This document shows, piece by piece, positions 60,001 to 64,000 of a DNA stretch of 64,000 bases. A program made the translations under genes and the position numbers. Position 1 is the first letter of the stretch. Each line of letters begins with the position of its first letter. The DNA comes from Eledone cirrhosa (lineage: Eukaryota). The notes below the pieces were generated by a model. That model was not told the origin of the DNA. It worked only from the letters and a program-made list of their open reading frames with translations, and searched no databases. The stretch covers positions 243,908,001 through 243,972,000 of the forward strand of contig OZ024740.1 of NCBI GenBank assembly GCA_964016885.1, read 5' to 3'.

Positions 60001-63000
60001 CCAAGCGTCTAAAGAAGTCTGTCCGTCCTGCCCCGGTAGACGGCCACCAGTCTAAAGGCACAATCTTCGCTATTTTTCACATCTAGTACCACCAACCTAC
60101 CGACCTTACCTCGAGATCCAGGCCTTTCCTAAACAGCACTGCCACTCCACCTCCCATTCCCGACCGACTAATAGATGCGAAGATCTGATAGTCGTCGAAA
60201 ATGGGGACTAGTGCGCGCCTGTTGGAAATTCTGGTCTCGCTGATGGCAATTACATCTATATTTAGAGACCCGAGGTCGTTGAACAGGCGACCCTGCTTCC
60301 AGGGCGACCCGAGGCCTCGAACATTTAAACTTCCTACTCTTAATATGGCCATGTTGGCAGGCTAAAAGAGAGAGGAAAGGTTTACTTACCCCCCTCCCCC
60401 CTCCGGCTCTTGTAAAAGTTGGGTGGTTCGATCGCCATAGTTGGTGGGGTTTCTTTTGGGAACTCCTTTAAAAGTCTGTATATGGGTTTTACGTTCGGGG
60501 TTCCCACGTCTCGAGGAAAGCTGTCTCGTATCTCTTTGTAGAAATCGAGCGACATTCGCACCAGAAACAAATCTCCCGGCACGCGATATGTGCTCGATTA
60601 AAAAATTTCCCCCCCACTCTTTGTATTTCTTAACTTCGTGCTGAGAGCCATCAATTCCTTGTTGGCCCTTCTGACCAGCACGAAGTTTTGTATGTTTTGT
60701 TGGTGCGATATTATTTGTTTGCGTGATTGTGGTGGTGATAGTTTTGTTGGTGTTGTTTCTGTTGTGTCTGTGTTTGTGTGTGTATTTGTTCTTGTGTCTG
60801 TTTAGGTTGCTTTCCTTTGGGGGATTCTGGTGATGGTGTTCGTGGTGCTGATGTTGGCGTTGTTGGGGAGATGTTTGCGTGGGTGGTATCTGTATTTTTA
60901 TTATTGTGGCTGTTTTTGTGCTCTGTGGAGTTTTTTTTCTTTGTGTTTCCTTTTTTGTTTTTTGAGTGGGGATTTTGGTTTGCCCCCATTTTCACTACTG
61001 GAAGATGAGGGGTCTGTGTGTGTGTTTATGTGTTTATTCATGTGTTTTTTTTTGGGGGGGGGGGGGGGGATTTGACAACTTTCCTCGTTTCCCCCCTGGG
61101 TGGTCACTGTTGGTGGTGGTTATTCTATTGGTGTTGTTGCTGGTGGCTTTGCCGGTACTGGTGTTGGTGGTGGTGCTGCGTCGGCAGCAGTGGAGCCCTT
61201 CGACCTCTTGCATCTTTCAACAGTTGAGGGCAGCAGGCTCGCAAATAGTTTTTTTCTCCGCAAACGAAACAATGCGGCCTTTTGCACTCTGTCATAATAT
61301 GTATTACCGTCCCGTTCTGAAGATGGATGTGGTCCGGGATTCTTTTTACATTCTCCGGCCTGATCTGGAGAAATCTCTCCAGGTCAACCCCGGACCAGTC
61401 CTCTGTAGCACTCCTTGTAACCTCGATCGGGGCGGTATCCGTCCCCTCCACAATCACACATCCCAGGAGCCACCACATGTCAAGTACTGGTAGGATCCTG
61501 GGGATGCGGAGACGAGCTGTTCTTTTTCCCATGTGGGAGGGGTACATTATGACCTTGCTGGTTTTGCAAGGGGTCATAGCATGTTTCAAAGCGAGGGCAT
61601 CTGACTTGAACAGCACCGGAATGGTGCCGTATTGTCTGCCCCTCGCTATGTATTCGGTGTCATCCCTGATGCACTTCAGCTCAGCTTCAACATCTTCCTG
61701 TGCAATTAAAGCCGCCTTTTTTGTTTCTGCTGAGGTGCGCCTGTAATGCACCGTTCTGCGCTCCACTGCTTCAATAGCTTCTACCGGGACAGTTAAGTTG
61801 GCCCAGGTTTGCTCTTGCTTGATTAGCTTCCAAGCCTGAGCCAACTTTTCATCTTTATTTGAGAGGTCCATGCTGAAGCACGGCCTCTTTTTGGCCCCTG
61901 CCGCAGCGAAAGTGTTGTTGATGTTGTTGGTGGTGTTGTTGTTCTTGTTGGTGTTGTCGCTGTTATCACTCTTGCAGTTGGTTATATCTTTGGTGCTGCC
62001 GTTGTTCCCGGTGCAGTTGGTATTGTTGCTGTTGATGTTGTCGCTGTTATCACTCTTGCAGTTGGTTATATCTTTGGTGCTGCCGTTGTTCCCGGTGCAG
62101 TTGGTATTGTTGCTGTTGGTGTTGTCGCTGTTATCACTCTTGCAGTTGGTTATATCTTTGGTGCTGCCTTGTTCCCAGTGCAGTTGGTATTGTTGGTGTT
62201 GGTGTTGTCGCTGTTATCACTCTTGCAGTTGGTTATATCTTTGGTGCTGCCGTTGTTCCCGGTGCAGTTGGTATTGTTGCTGTTGGTGCTGTCGCTGTTA
62301 TCACTCTTGCAGTTGGTTATATCTTTGGTGCTGCCGTTGTTCCCGGTGCAGTTGGTATTGTTGCTGTTGGTGTTGTCGCTGTTTATGTTCTGGTTAGTGG
62401 GTGTTAATTTCGGTGTTGTTTTTGTTGTCATCATTTCTGTTGTCTGTATTTCTGTTGTCGCTGTTACTGCTGTGGTTGATGTTGTCGTTGTTACTGCTGT
62501 GGTTGATGTTGTCGCTGTTACTGCTGTGGTTGATGTTGTCGTTGTTACTGCTGTGGTTGATGTTGTCGTTGTTACTGCTGTGGTTGATGTTGTCGCTGTT
62601 ACTGCTGTGGTTGATGTTGTCGTTGTTACTGCTGTGGTTGATGTTGTCGCTGTTACTGCTGTGGTTGATGTTGTCGTTGTTTATTTTTAAGGTTATTTAT
62701 TCTTCTCACTATTGGTGTTGCTGCTGCAGCTGTTCATGCTGTTTGTGGTGGTGCTGCTAAATGTGTTTGTAGTATAAATCAATGTGCTTGCCGCTTCCCT
62801 CCTCTCAACATTTAGGTCGCTGTCACTCGACAGCATACCCAAAGGTGGGGCGTGGCTCAGTCATATTTTTTTTTCGAGAATTTTTTTTTAAATACAAAAA
62901 GTACAGATATTTGGGCCCGAAGGCCCAAATATTACACAGTTACCCCTTCACAGTGCAAAGATGGTAGTCTTACGACCCTTTTCAAAGAATTCAACAATAA

Positions 63001-63068
63001 ATGAATATAAACAGAAAATTTACTACTTTTGTGGAGCTCCAAAAACATGTCTTCACTGTCTGACAGCC
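57092..63068 (-). mobile_element. Tx1/L1-clade LINE (copy C), full 5' end, 3' UTR missing, many frameshifts
   Basis: ORF2 pieces from 60352 (SLNVRGL, SETR) through YADD (58115..58543) to CPRC; ORF1 from about 62864 with CFVCG knuckle; diverged paralogue of copy A. Confidence 0.9.
61947..62680 (-). repeat. coding tandem repeats in Tx1 copy C ORF1: 84-bp x about 5 and 27-bp x about 8
   Basis: NSDNTNSNNTNCTGNNGSTKDITNCKSD and TTAVTATTS units. Confidence 0.92.
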
Positions 63069-63077
63069 AATAATAAT

Positions 63078-63238
63078 TGTTTCTACTTTAGGCACAAGGC
63101 CAACAATTATCTCAGTGCATTACTGGTACTTTATTTTATCGATCCCGTAAGGATGAAAGGAAAAGTTAACCTCGGCGGGATTTGAACTCAGAATGGCAAG
63201 GGACGTAACTCTATGCGTCAAAGCATGGCGTCCGACCC
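63078..63238 (-). mobile_element. S1 SINE inserted at the 5' junction of Tx1 copy C, 17-bp TSD
   Basis: tgacagccaataataat at 63061-63077 and 63239-63255. Confidence 0.9.
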
Positions 63239-63557
63239 TGACAGCCAATAATAATAATAAAAGGTAATAGATCCTAATTGTAGTAGATAGAGAATTCACT
63301 TTAAGTGATAATTTGATGGAATTGTGTGTATGCATCAGTTGGCCCATACTAGCCAAGACGGTTTGTGAGCTCAGAAATAAGATAGTCGTTTGTGTGGTTA
63401 AAATTGGCTGGCATCATTAACTAGCCGTGCTGATAGCGTCTGTCTTTGTAATACGTGGAGACAATTAACATGTATTTTATCCAAATTTAACAACTGGGCA
63501 ATGCCTTCATTGGTGATCAGGCTTTGGGGGAAAGTAGTTTACCTACCCCGAAATAAT

Positions 63558-63776
63558 GGTTTCTTATATAGACACAAGGCCAGCAATTCCGGGGGAGGAG
63601 AAAGTCAATTAAATCGACCCCAGTGTGTGACTGGTACATGATTTTATCGACCCCGTAAGGATGAAAAGCAAAGTTAACATCGGCGGGATTTGAACTCAGT
63701 TAATAAAGGGCCGTAAGTCTATGCTGCAAAGCATGGTGTCCGACCCTCTACCGATACTGCAAATCCACCGCCCTAC
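63558..63776 (-). mobile_element. S1-related SINE subfamily, full length, 17-bp TSD
   Basis: acctaccccgaaataat at 63541-63557 and 63777-63793. Confidence 0.88.
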
Positions 63777-64000
63777 ACCTACCCCGAAATAATACAATAT
63801 ATATCATTTCTGTCCGAGATACACAAGCAATTATCTACTGACATACAAGCATGTAAAGATCAGTTCATACACATCAAGATAGTCACAGTGTCAGACGTAT
63901 CTACAGGCAGATACATTTTAGATGAGAACATATAGACGATCTTACACATACCCAGCCGTATGAATACACCTCCACATCGATTCATATCGCCTAGTGTATT

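Overview
AT-rich, microsatellite-dense animal genomic DNA. The repeat content suggests an octopod cephalopod (inference). It contains one intact host gene: a divergent Rab5-subfamily GTPase on the + strand (5 coding exons, 12232-42551, 214 aa) with a 21-kb third intron. Almost everything else is retro- or DNA-transposon derived: three Tx1/L1-clade LINEs, two R4/Dong-type RLE LINEs, an RTE-like fragment, at least six Penelope-like (RT/GIY-YIG) remnants, many tRNA-derived SINEs, Helitron pieces, a hAT transposase remnant and a hAT MITE. Main observations: (1) a set of minimal type I hammerhead ribozymes near (TA)n tracts whose helix II sequences are unrelated but keep a C-C mismatch at the 4th pair; (2) a SINE whose 3' tail and ATAAT target match the Tx1-like LINEs, suggesting a SINE/Tx1 partnership; (3) tandem duplication of the Rab exon-3 splice donor, creating two stronger in-frame alternative donors; (4) fold-back hairpin insertions; (5) elements partitioned among (TAA)n, (CATA)n and (TA)n microsatellite targets. 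All calls are from reading the sequence by eye; no searches or folding programs were run.
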